Source: an uncultured Phascolarctobacterium sp. (lineage in GTDB: Bacteria > Bacillota > Negativicutes > Acidaminococcales > Acidaminococcaceae). From it: a DNA stretch of 64,000 nucleotides. Under the pieces are notes generated by a model. That model worked only from the letters and a program-made list of their open reading frames with translations, made no database searches and was not told the origin of the DNA. The DNA lies in the NCBI GenBank assembly GCA_964630355.1, contig CAZVSX010000006.1, positions 8,155-72,154 of the forward strand, given 5' to 3'. Of the stretch, positions 9,147 to 17,945 are shown one piece after another. The position numbers and the translations under genes are program-made. Within the stretch, counting starts at the first letter, position 1; every line of letters begins with the position of its first letter.

Positions 9147-10633
9147 AATTTACCCTCCTTTGCCATTTTAGCAATCTTTTCTACTACTCCTGTTGTAGAA
9201 TATCCATCCTCAAAATCTATAATCCGAACTTCACCGGCATATTCACGCCCAACAACTTCTTCTGGCTTGTAATCGCCGCCTTTAACAAGAATATCCGGCT
9301 GAATAATTTTTATTAATTCCGCAGGAGTATCCTGTTTAAACAAGACTACGGCATCAACACACGCAAGTGCAGCCAGCACACGTGCTCTGTCCAGTTCATG
9401 TACAAGAGGCCTGGTATCTCCTTTCAGCCTCTTTACAGAAGCATCTGTATTCAATCCTACAATCAAATGCTTGCCTAAGTTACGGGCTTTTTCCAAATAA
9501 GTCACATGCCCTACATGAAGAATATCAAAGCAGCCATTAGTAAAAACTATCTTTTCACCGCAGGCTCTCCATGTAGCTGCTAATGAAGCTATTTCTTCCC
9601 AACTCAAAGTGCGATAAGCACGACCCTGCTTGCGCTCCTCTGCCAGCAAATCTTTCAGCAGTTCATCTCTATGTACAGGATAAGTTCCAACTTTAGCAAC
9701 AACAATCCCAGCCGCTCGGTTTGCCATAAATATAGCATCCGACAAGGCAAGCTTTCCAGCAACACCAGCTAAAAGCGTTGCAGCTACAGTATCACCAGCT
9801 CCCGAAACATCAAAAACTTCTATTGCTGTTGCAGGACTATGCAGCACCTGTTTGGCATTAACCAAGCTCATACCACGTTCACTGCGTGTAACAACAACAT
9901 TTTTAATATTGAATTTTAAGCAGGCATTTTGTGCCATCTTGACAACTTCATCATCTTCATTTTCACATTGGCAGCCTGCAGCTTCACACATCTCTTTAAG
10001 ATTCGGAGTTATAAAATCACAACCGCTGTATTTATTCCAGTCTGCCCCTTTGGGATCAATAAGTACAGGAATGTCATAAGCTTTTCCCTGAGCAATAACC
10101 CATTGACAGAAATCATCTGAACATACTCCTTTGGCATAATCAGAAACAATAATACCATCAAGACCTTTATCCAGTAAATCAGCCAGCCATTGCCGCAAAT
10201 ATACTATTTCTTCCGGCTGAAGATCACCTGTTTCCTCAAAATCCATTCGCAGCATCTGCTGCTTGCCGCCTAAAACACGCAGTTTAGTAATAGTCTTACG
10301 ATGTTCACTTTTCAGCAGTCCCTGATAATCAATCCCAGCTTCATCCATAAGCTTTTCTAATAAAAGGCGATTATCATCATCACCAGTCACACCGCCCATA
10401 AATACTTTACATTCCAAATGTGCCAAGTTGGCTGCCACGTTTGCAGCACCGCCAAGAACCGAGCTGATTTTTGTAATACGTGTTACCGGCACAGGAGCTT
10501 CCGGAGAAATACGCTTTACCTCACCCTGAAAATAGCGATCCAGCATTACATCCCCAATAACAGCAATCTTTATATCTTTGATTTTCTCTGCCAAAAATGT
10601 TGTTACTGCCAAGTCTGCCAATTTATTCACCAT
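9143..10633 (-). CDS. hldE: Bifunctional heptose-7-phosphate kinase / heptose-1-phosphate adenylyltransferase
   Basis: GDVMLDRY..G...[10 protein letters not shown] and DVSGAGDT (PfkB) plus [13 protein letters not shown] (nucleotidyltransferase); start uncertain (10633 or 10645). Confidence 0.94.
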   Translation of the reverse strand: MVNKLADLAVTTFLAEKIKDIKIAVIGDVMLDRYFQGEVKRISPEAPVPVTRITKISSVLGGAANVAANLAHLECKVFMGGVTGDDDNRLLLEKLMDEAGIDYQGLLKSEHRKTITKLRVLGGKQQMLRMDFEETGDLQPEEIVYLRQWLADLLDKGLDGIIVSDYAKGVCSDDFCQWVIAQGKAYDIPVLIDPKGADWNKYSGCDFITPNLKEMCEAAGCQCENEDDEVVKMAQNACLKFNIKNVVVTRSERGMSLVNAKQVLHSPATAIEVFDVSGAGDTVAATLLAGVAGKLALSDAIFMANRAAGIVVAKVGTYPVHRDELLKDLLAEERKQGRAYRTLSWEEIASLAATWRACGEKIVFTNGCFDILHVGHVTYLEKARNLGKHLIVGLNTDASVKRLKGDTRPLVHELDRARVLAALACVDAVVLFKQDTPAELIKIIQPDILVKGGDYKPEEVVGREYAGEVRIIDFEDGYSTTGVVEKIAKMAKEGKL

Positions 10634-11186
10634 CCACGAGTTCACATAAAATATGTCCTATTAGAATATGCATTTCCTGTGCTCTGGCTGTTATATCAGC
10701 AGGAACAGCAATACATTCATCACATAATTGATTCAGTTTACCGCCGCCGATTGCTGTCATACCAACACAAAACAGTCCATGCGCCTTAGCCCAGGAAACA
10801 GCCTCTACTACATTAGGGCTGTTACCGCTTGTAGAAATACCTACCAACACATCTCCAGGACGTGCAAGTGCTTCAACCTGACGTACAAATACTTTATCAT
10901 ATCCATAATCATTTCCCACAGCCGTTAATATAGAAGTATCGACAGTCAGTGCAATAGCAGGCAATCCGCAGCGCTCTTTTTGAAAACGGCCTACAAATTC
11001 TGCTGCTAAATGCTGACTGTCAGCAGCACTGCCACCATTGCCGCAAAACATTATCTTATTACCATTAGCTAAAGACTTCTTTATTTCAGCTGCAATATGT
11101 TCTATCTGCAATAAAATCTCACTGTTCATAACAGCGTTAACAACCTCAAGGTGGTCTAAAAAGCGTTGTTTAATAATTTTTTCCAT
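10623..11186 (-). CDS. gmhA: Sedoheptulose-7-phosphate isomerase
   Basis: [32 protein letters not shown]; ATG at 11186 has a GAGG RBS. Confidence 0.95.
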   Translation of the reverse strand: MEKIIKQRFLDHLEVVNAVMNSEILLQIEHIAAEIKKSLANGNKIMFCGNGGSAADSQHLAAEFVGRFQKERCGLPAIALTVDTSILTAVGNDYGYDKVFVRQVEALARPGDVLVGISTSGNSPNVVEAVSWAKAHGLFCVGMTAIGGGKLNQLCDECIAVPADITARAQEMHILIGHILCELVDGE

Positions 11187-11200
11187 GCTTAACCTCAAAT

Positions 11201-12670
11201 TTACCAATTAACAAAATCATACTTGATTTCGAAAGAATTATCGTTATTAGCCTGCTCATGTTTATATATCAAAGATAACTGCCAGCAGCAGAATTTATGT
11301 ATCCAGGAATAAACTGTTTCATAGTTACGTTTCATATCAAGATCATAACGGTTGACAATTGTAAAAGTGTTATTGTCATCCATATTATACTGCAAGCCAT
11401 TACGCAACTCTATTTCCATATCTGGCTGGTCATAATTAAACAGCTTAGTTGTAAAGTTCTCACGATAATAGCCTACCCAAGTATTCCATTTAGGACTAAT
11501 TTTCTGAGCTAAAGTTGCATAATAAACCATAGTCGATTCAGTATTGCTTGTTTTGCTTTCATGAGTCCATTTTTTTCCCATAGTTAAATCCAGCGAGGTT
11601 TTTTTGCTGTCGAATAAATAAATACGATCATGGTTAAGAAAAGCACCATAATCTGTATGCCAGCTTTTCACTCCCGTATCATCATTTTTCCACAAGCCAC
11701 GCTCTACATAAGCACTGTAAGAAAGCGGCAGTTTACGGCTAATATGATGATTTTTATAATCAAAACGAATATTATTCTCTTTCTTTACCCATTCATCATC
11801 CTGTTCATACCAGCCATTTTCATAGGTAACTTTAAAATTACGTTCATCATGCCGTAAACCATAAACAGGTTTATAACCAGCCTTACTGTAGTAATTAACA
11901 TCAGTATAAACAGTGTCTTTATCACCCAAAGGACGTTCATAAGAAACGTTAATATACGTACCTTTATCACTATCTTTGAAACCAATATGCGGCAAAATGC
12001 GTTCTTTAGATTTATCAGATAAATTATTTTCCCAGTAATCCCGTGAATATATATGTTTGCCACGCACAAAAACTTTTACATCTCTAGCAATCATTTTTTC
12101 ACCCGGGTAAATTTCAAAAGTTTTTGCCTTAATTTCCAAGCATCTTGGATGTTTAATAGATGGGCAGCGTGTTGCAGAACCCCCTTCATCCAAAATCATC
12201 TTATCCGGATAAATATCTGCATGGGGAGCTTCAAAATAATCCTTTTGATTCTTACCAGTCATTTGCTTTAATTCGCCCGTTTTACTGTTAAAGTTATAGT
12301 AAGCCCAGCTTGCTGTTACTGTAGCCTGTCCTTCCAGTAAAGTTCCGCCTTTCAAAAGCCAGATATCCCCACTTTTCATATTTCCTTTAACATGACTTGT
12401 GTAAATATCTTGAGTTCCCTGCGAAACCTTAATATTGCCTTCTGCATGGAAATCTCCGCTGACCGTATCATAAACAGCATTTTCACCAGTTAAAATAATC
12501 GGTACTGCCTTCTGCTCATCCTGATTTTCCCTATGCGGCAGTGCATGATTAGGCTCATCGACAGATACAGGACTGCCAAAATTTTCTCCGTTAGTATTAG
12601 TATATTGTGCCGCCGAAACAGGCAGACACATACCTAATGCCAATGCTGCGGCAATAAACGTCTTATTCAT
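11201..12670 (-). CDS. lptD: LptD-like LPS assembly outer-membrane protein (short form)
   Basis: Signal peptide, OstA-like beta-jellyroll N-terminus, T.C motif, aromatic beta-strand C-terminal half, near-terminal CCW, terminal W; LPS context. Confidence 0.7.
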   Translation of the reverse strand: MNKTFIAAALALGMCLPVSAAQYTNTNGENFGSPVSVDEPNHALPHRENQDEQKAVPIILTGENAVYDTVSGDFHAEGNIKVSQGTQDIYTSHVKGNMKSGDIWLLKGGTLLEGQATVTASWAYYNFNSKTGELKQMTGKNQKDYFEAPHADIYPDKMILDEGGSATRCPSIKHPRCLEIKAKTFEIYPGEKMIARDVKVFVRGKHIYSRDYWENNLSDKSKERILPHIGFKDSDKGTYINVSYERPLGDKDTVYTDVNYYSKAGYKPVYGLRHDERNFKVTYENGWYEQDDEWVKKENNIRFDYKNHHISRKLPLSYSAYVERGLWKNDDTGVKSWHTDYGAFLNHDRIYLFDSKKTSLDLTMGKKWTHESKTSNTESTMVYYATLAQKISPKWNTWVGYYRENFTTKLFNYDQPDMEIELRNGLQYNMDDNNTFTIVNRYDLDMKRNYETVYSWIHKFCCWQLSLIYKHEQANNDNSFEIKYDFVNW

Positions 12671-12740
12671 AAAAAAACTCCTTTTGTATAACAGATGAAA
12701 AAATCACATAATAATCCACTTAATATTATATCATAAAATA

Positions 12741-12771
12741 AAAAAAAGCTCACCCTTAAGAGTGAGCTTTT
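12741..12771 (-). terminator. Intrinsic terminator
   Basis: AAAAGCTCAC / GTGAGCTTTT stem, long U-tract on the minus strand. Confidence 0.75.
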
Positions 12772-12787
12772 CACGTTATTTCTAATT

Positions 12788-13717
12788 TTATTCAGTATAA
12801 ACAGCGCCTTGCAAAGTAACATCTTCAGATGTCTGTACAAATGTTTCACAGCCAACAGGAATTATTACACTGTTACCCTTTACAAATGCACCGCCAACAA
12901 TACCTACCGGGCCCAAAACAATCATGCCGCCAATTGAAGCACCAGCTGCACCGGCAATGCTTTCTGCCTTCTGCTTTGCTAATTCGCCTACGGTAATAGG
13001 AATTTTAGTACCGTCAACGCCATAGATATAAGTAAAGTTAATATCAATGCGTCCATCCTTACCAAAAATTCCCGGTTGCACAACTTTTTTTACTTCGCCA
13101 ATACCAGTAGCACCTTTCGGCAGTACAAGAACATCGTTAACATAAAGATTATCTGCTGCTTTGAAATGAACAGTATCTCCCTGACGGCTCATCTTTGTGC
13201 TGAGTTCTGATGTAAAAGCAATTTTAAACACAGAATCTTTAGGCAATGTTACTTCTTGAACAGGAACTTTACCGTCACTGTAAGCAGCAAGTTTCAGCAA
13301 GCCTTCCAATCTTCCGCTTAAAGCACCAGTTTGAGTTTGTCCATAGAGCATTTTTTCTGTAGCTTCAATACGATTCTTTGCAGGGCCACCAGACATGCTT
13401 TCATTCATTTTCCATTCTACAACATTAAGTTTAGTCGCAAAGGAAGCTTCGCCATTATCAGGAGAACCTTCCAAATAATCATACATATTACTAACACGAC
13501 TTAAAATAGGATCAGCAGTAATCGTTCCATATACATCATCCTCTAAACTGTCCATACGCTGAATAAGTGAACCACTCTGTTCTGTGCCATAAAGTATTTT
13601 TTCCATAGCACTAATCTTATCAGATACCGGCATAGAACTTTCAGCAGCAAACGCAGGAACTACTGTGGTAAAACAAAAAATAAACGTCAGCAATAAAGTT
13701 GCAAGTTGTTTTTTCAA
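12788..13717 (-). CDS. Exported hypothetical protein with helical E..(L/V)YG repeats and a VirB10/TrbI-like C-terminal domain
   Basis: Signal peptide (PAFA/A), three E..(L/V)YG.......R repeats, beta-rich C-terminus with a Gly-rich hydrophobic hairpin; TTG start at 13717 after GGAGGG. Confidence 0.6.
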   Translation of the reverse strand: MKKQLATLLLTFIFCFTTVVPAFAAESSMPVSDKISAMEKILYGTEQSGSLIQRMDSLEDDVYGTITADPILSRVSNMYDYLEGSPDNGEASFATKLNVVEWKMNESMSGGPAKNRIEATEKMLYGQTQTGALSGRLEGLLKLAAYSDGKVPVQEVTLPKDSVFKIAFTSELSTKMSRQGDTVHFKAADNLYVNDVLVLPKGATGIGEVKKVVQPGIFGKDGRIDINFTYIYGVDGTKIPITVGELAKQKAESIAGAAGASIGGMIVLGPVGIVGGAFVKGNSVIIPVGCETFVQTSEDVTLQGAVYTE

Positions 13718-13770
13718 TTTATTTCCCTCCAATCAGAATGATATATTTTTATTATAGCATACATTAAAAT

Positions 13771-13807
13771 AAAAATATAGCCTGTCTGTAATAAACAAAC
13801 AGACTAT
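13771..13807 (-). terminator. Intrinsic terminator of the VirK/YbjX gene
   Basis: 13-bp stem with G-U pairs on the minus strand followed by a U-rich tract. Confidence 0.65.
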
Positions 13808-13817
13808 TTCAATATTA

Positions 13818-14723
13818 TTAATTTCTGTATAAAGCAATCGCTTCCGCCACTGCGGCATCCATTTCATCCATTTTCGCAAAACGCCTGCGGTGCTGTGCTC
13901 TTTTTGACGGTTTGAGTTCTTCCATAGATTTACGATATTCAGCAACTGGCATAATATAAAAACGTTTATCCGAACAGAGAACTCCCTCACATTCCTGCCA
14001 AAAAGCACCAAAATCTGTTTTCAGCTTTCTGTCCACACGCATATGATTCATTGCATAATATCCCTCATTACCGACTGCATAAATATGTTCAATCCCCAAG
14101 GCTTTAGCAAAACTGCGCAGTCCATAGAACATCAGATTTTTTGTTCTATAGCCAAAGAAAGCTTTTGTAAGACCTTTAATAAGCTCATTACCGTTTTGTG
14201 GTCCCTGTAATGCACCTATATAAACAGCAGTACTGTCATCTGTAAAATTCTTACCAAGCCAAAACATAATCTGATATAATGGTTCATTCTCATAAATAAG
14301 TATCAAAGAAAGACAGCCTTCTTTGCGCTGTCCTGCATGAAACCACAGATTCAATGTCAAAGGCTTATCTTGATAACTATCCCGCCAAAGCTCTACCTGT
14401 TTATGTTCAATATAAAGCTCATCCATGAGTGCTGTTTTAAACAAGTTTTCCATGATGAGCAAATGATTTTGCACTAACTGCATACGTTCATCCCACGTTG
14501 AACCTTTATAAAAAAATGCACGGGTAGTTTGCTCCAAAAAAGAAGGATTACCTTCAAGCCACGCCTGTCGCTGCTTATTTGCTGAAAAAAATTTAAGCAA
14601 AGCATTTACAGACTTACTATGCAAAGCACAGCGTGTACGAAAAACAACATAACGCTTCATTTCCTTCAAAATATGCGTCTGATATAAACTTTTCCCAACA
14701 TATTCCAAAACATTCTCTTTCAT
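13818..14723 (-). CDS. VirK/YbjX (DUF535) family protein
   Basis: KEG.LSL, IGALQG, LTK.FFG.R.K, FW.E..G, KPSKRAQHRRR pattern. Confidence 0.8.
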   Translation of the reverse strand: MKENVLEYVGKSLYQTHILKEMKRYVVFRTRCALHSKSVNALLKFFSANKQRQAWLEGNPSFLEQTTRAFFYKGSTWDERMQLVQNHLLIMENLFKTALMDELYIEHKQVELWRDSYQDKPLTLNLWFHAGQRKEGCLSLILIYENEPLYQIMFWLGKNFTDDSTAVYIGALQGPQNGNELIKGLTKAFFGYRTKNLMFYGLRSFAKALGIEHIYAVGNEGYYAMNHMRVDRKLKTDFGAFWQECEGVLCSDKRFYIMPVAEYRKSMEELKPSKRAQHRRRFAKMDEMDAAVAEAIALYRN

Positions 14724-14831
14724 TACTTACCTCTAACAATACTATAATGATTATATTATATCATAGTGATCTATTAAGGTAAATTAATAAGCTCCGAAAA
14801 TCTGTTATCGTAAATCAGGCAAAGAAATTTA

Positions 14832-16154
14832 TTATGATTTACTCTGGCTATTCAATCCAGTCTTCTTGTGTTCCTCTAAATATTGCCCCACTATTTTTAC
14901 TGCACAATAAGCACCGCACATAGAACAAGCTTCTTCACTGTCTTTATTTTTCTTACGGCGATATTCTTTTGCTTTAACAGGGTCAATAGCCAACTCCATC
15001 TGACGAGACCAATCAAGTGCTTTGCGTGCCTTTGCCATCGCTAAATCCCATGCCCACGCCTGTTTATTTCCTTTCGCAAGATCTGCTGCATGTGCAGCAA
15101 TACGTGCAGCTATAACACCCTCTCGTACATCTTCCAAATCAGGAAGTCCTAAATGTTCAGCAGGCGTTACATAACAAAGGAAATCCGCACCACTTACCGC
15201 TGCAAGAGTACCGCCAATCGCACTAGTAATATGATCATATCCTGGAGCAATATCGGTAACTAACGGTCCCAAAACATAAAAAGGTACACCATGACATAAT
15301 CGTTTCTGCAACTGCATATTAGCAGCAATCTGATTATAAGGTACATGCCCAGGCCCTTCAACCATTACCTGTACACCTTTTTCCCAAGCACGCTGAGTTA
15401 GTTCTCCCAAATTAAGCAATTCTTGAATTTGGGCTCTATCTGTAGCATCAGCAAGACATCCAGGACGCAAACCATCTCCCAAGCTAATTGTTACATCATA
15501 TTCAGCACAAATTTCCAAAATTTCATCATAGTATTCATAGAGCGGATTTTCTGCATTATTATGTAACATCCAGCCAGTAATAAAACTGCCGCCACGGCTC
15601 ACAACATCCATCTCTCTGCCTTCTTCTGTAAGCTGCTTTAGCACTTGCCTATTAATACCACAGTGAATTGTCATAAAATCTGCACCATCTTCTGCCTGAG
15701 AACGAATAACATCAAAAATATCTTCTTTTGTCATTGCTACAACCGCACCGCGTTTTTTTATGGTTTCTACCGCAACCTGATAAATAGGTACAGTCCCTAC
15801 CATAATTTCAGAAGCATCAATAATCGCCCTGCGGGAAGCAGTAATATTATCACCAGTAGATAAATCCATTACAGAATCTGCTCCTGTTTCAACCGCTGCT
15901 GCCAACTTTAAAAGTTCAGGTGCAGGATCAGGAAAACTATCCGAAGTCCCAATATTTGCATTTACTTTTACCTTTAAACCTTCTCCTACACCACGCGGAA
16001 TAATATTTTTATGATTAATATTACAGGGAATAACAATTGTACCTCTAGCTACACTTTCACGAATAAACTCTGCTGTAACCTGCTCCTGTTCAGCGACAAT
16101 TTTCATAGCCTCAGTAATAATTCCCTTACGGGCAAGCTGCATTTGTGTTGCCAT
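14832..16154 (-). CDS. thiC: Phosphomethylpyrimidine synthase ThiC
   Basis: KVNANIGTS, MDLSTG, GTVPIYQ, VSRGGS, SLGDGLRPG, EGPGH, CYVTPAEHL, CSMCG.YC; true start is the ATG at 16154 with AGGAGG RBS. Confidence 0.96.
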   Translation of the reverse strand: MATQMQLARKGIITEAMKIVAEQEQVTAEFIRESVARGTIVIPCNINHKNIIPRGVGEGLKVKVNANIGTSDSFPDPAPELLKLAAAVETGADSVMDLSTGDNITASRRAIIDASEIMVGTVPIYQVAVETIKKRGAVVAMTKEDIFDVIRSQAEDGADFMTIHCGINRQVLKQLTEEGREMDVVSRGGSFITGWMLHNNAENPLYEYYDEILEICAEYDVTISLGDGLRPGCLADATDRAQIQELLNLGELTQRAWEKGVQVMVEGPGHVPYNQIAANMQLQKRLCHGVPFYVLGPLVTDIAPGYDHITSAIGGTLAAVSGADFLCYVTPAEHLGLPDLEDVREGVIAARIAAHAADLAKGNKQAWAWDLAMAKARKALDWSRQMELAIDPVKAKEYRRKKNKDSEEACSMCGAYCAVKIVGQYLEEHKKTGLNSQSKS

Positions 16155-16174
16155 AAATAATCTCCCTCCTACAT

Positions 16175-16204
16175 AAAAAGCCGCTTCCTGACGGAATGCG
16201 GCTT
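16175..16204 (-). terminator. Expression-platform terminator of the TPP riboswitch
   Basis: Minus strand AAGCCGCATTCC-GTCA-GGAAGCGGCTTTTT between the aptamer and the thiC RBS. Confidence 0.8.
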
Positions 16205-16229
16205 GCTGTAACAAAAGAAGATATATGCT

Positions 16230-16316
16230 TACTCGCTTTCCTACGCCGGTATTATCCGTAATCAGGTTCAAAGGGTCGGACAGAAGTCCTCTCAGCAAAT
16301 TGCGCCCCTAGCGGTT
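16230..16316 (-). ncRNA. TPP riboswitch (THI box)
   Basis: Minus strand TAGGGG...GCTGAGA...ACCCTTTGAACCTGAT...GATAATACCGGCGTAGGAA, upstream of thiC. Confidence 0.95.
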
Positions 16317-16335
16317 CATTTGATTTTGTAGCTTT

Positions 16336-16364
16336 ACTTTAGCACGAAATCAATTAATCTGCAA
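16336..16364 (-). promoter_or_regulatory. SigmaA promoter of the thiC leader
   Basis: TTGCAG, N17, TAAAGT with an extended TGn, just upstream of the riboswitch. Confidence 0.55.
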
Positions 16365-16447
16365 GTAAAATTTTAATATATTTATGTAAACAAATTAACA
16401 AAAAATTTGTTAATTAAGCTTCTTTTAATTATTTTATCAGCTTTTTC

Positions 16448-16475
16448 TTGACTATACTAATAAGCATGTTATAAT
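16448..16475 (+). promoter_or_regulatory. SigmaA promoter of the serine operon leader
   Basis: TTGACT, N16, TATAAT with an extended TGn. Confidence 0.7.
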
Positions 16476-16497
16476 CATCTACAAATATTAACAAATC

Positions 16498-16712
16498 AAC
16501 GCGATGAAAGAGAAGCAATATGTCAGGCTTTCAGAAAACTGCCGGTTGATGTGAGGCAGCAGTAAGACATACCTGTTCCGCTCTGAAGCGGCAAATGAAG
16601 AATTTGACGGGTCTGCCCGATACAGCAGCTAAAAGTTGGCCATAGGCAATTTGGGTGGCACCGCGAGTTAACAGTCCTCGTCCCAAGATTAGGGATGAGG
16701 ATTTATTTTTTT
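16498..16712 (+). ncRNA. T-box leader, Ser specifier (UCC)
   Basis: Stem I (GCGATGAAAGAG...CTCTGAAGC) with TCC at 16577-16579; T-box AATTTGGGTGGCACCGCG at 16648-16665; terminator TCCTCGTCCC/GGGATGAGGA plus U-tract; upstream of ser genes. Confidence 0.92.
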
Positions 16713-16728
16713 AGGTATACCTATGCAC

Positions 16729-16800
16729 AGGCAATTTGGGTGGTACCGCGAGTAAATGGAAATCTCGTCCCAAAGGGATGCGCTTTCCATTTTTATTTTT
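16729..16800 (+). promoter_or_regulatory. Second T-box antiterminator/terminator module with no Stem I of its own
   Basis: AGGCAATTTGGGTGGTACCGCGAGT (24/25 identical to 16644-16668), CTCGTCCC, then a hairpin and U-tract. Confidence 0.85.
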
Positions 16801-16858
16801 AGACAGTAATTTTCGATTACCCTATTTATACAACAAAAAGAAAGGATGAAAGTTTTTT

Positions 16859-17929
16859 ATGTTCAGAGCTTATAATTTTAATGCTGGTCCTTCAGCCATG
16901 CCACTAGAAGTACTGCTTTCTGCTCAAGAAGAATTTCTCAATTATGCTGACAGTGGTATGAGTATTATTGAAATCAGTCACAGAAGCAGTGAATATATTT
17001 CCATGCATACAGAAACAAAAGCTTTACTGCGTGAATTAATGGAAATTCCTGATAATTACGAAATAATGTTTATTCAAGGCGGCGGCAGTACACAGTTTTT
17101 GATGACGGCAGCCAACTTCCATACAAAAAAATATGCGGCTTATGTTAATACTGGCGTATGGTCAAAAAAAGCAATGAACGAGGCTAAATATTACGGTGAA
17201 GTATATGAAGCAGCCAGCAGTGCAGACAAAAACCACAGTTATATACCTAAGACTTTCTGTTTAAAGGATGAAACCTCCTACATTCATTTAACTTCCAATA
17301 ACACTATTTATGGTACAGAATATAAAAGTTTTCCCCATTTTAACATCCCTGTCATCTGCGATATGTCCAGTGATATTCTTTCCCGTAAAATTAATGTTAC
17401 TGATTTCGATTTAATTTATGCTGGAGCTCAAAAAAATCTTGGTCCAGCTGGAGTGGTAATCGTAATAGCAAAAAAAGAGTTTTTAGCAACAGCACGCCAA
17501 AACCTTCCAACCATGATGAAATACAGTACTTTCGCTGATAATGATTCTCTTTATAATACCCCTCCAGTTTTTGCCATCTACATGATTAATAAAACGTTAC
17601 ACTGGATAAAAAAACAAGGTGGTGTTAACTATATAGCCAAAAATAATATAGCTAAAGCTAAATTAATATATGACGTAATTGATAGCAGCAATGGATTTTA
17701 TATAGGTCATGCACAAAAAAATTCCCGTAGTATGATGAATATAACCTTTAATTTAAAGACTCCTGAAATGGAAAAAGATTTTATCTCCCATGGAAAATCA
17801 GCTGGATTCATAGGTATAGGGGGACATCGTCTTGTAGGCGGCTGTCGTGCCAGCACTTACAATGCAGTTCCACTAACAGCCTGCCAGGCCTTAGCAGAAT
17901 TTATGCTGGACTATATGAAAAATAAATAA
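16859..17929 (+). CDS. serC: Phosphoserine aminotransferase
   Basis: NFNAGPSAMP, EISHRS, QGGGSTQF, DMSSDILS, YAGAQKNLGPAG, YNTPP, GHRLVGGCRAS.YNA. Confidence 0.96.
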   Translation: MFRAYNFNAGPSAMPLEVLLSAQEEFLNYADSGMSIIEISHRSSEYISMHTETKALLRELMEIPDNYEIMFIQGGGSTQFLMTAANFHTKKYAAYVNTGVWSKKAMNEAKYYGEVYEAASSADKNHSYIPKTFCLKDETSYIHLTSNNTIYGTEYKSFPHFNIPVICDMSSDILSRKINVTDFDLIYAGAQKNLGPAGVVIVIAKKEFLATARQNLPTMMKYSTFADNDSLYNTPPVFAIYMINKTLHWIKKQGGVNYIAKNNIAKAKLIYDVIDSSNGFYIGHAQKNSRSMMNITFNLKTPEMEKDFISHGKSAGFIGIGGHRLVGGCRASTYNAVPLTACQALAEFMLDYMKNK

Positions 17930-17945
17930 ACGGAGGAAAATAATC

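Noticed and set aside
16155-16298. 48-aa N-terminal extension of ThiC in the ORF track
   Set aside because: It is the TPP riboswitch and terminator read in frame; the RBS supports the ATG at 16154
16644-16753. 25-bp direct repeat as a possible mini-CRISPR or att site
   Set aside because: Both copies are T-box antiterminator consensus; only two copies, and no cas or integrase genes
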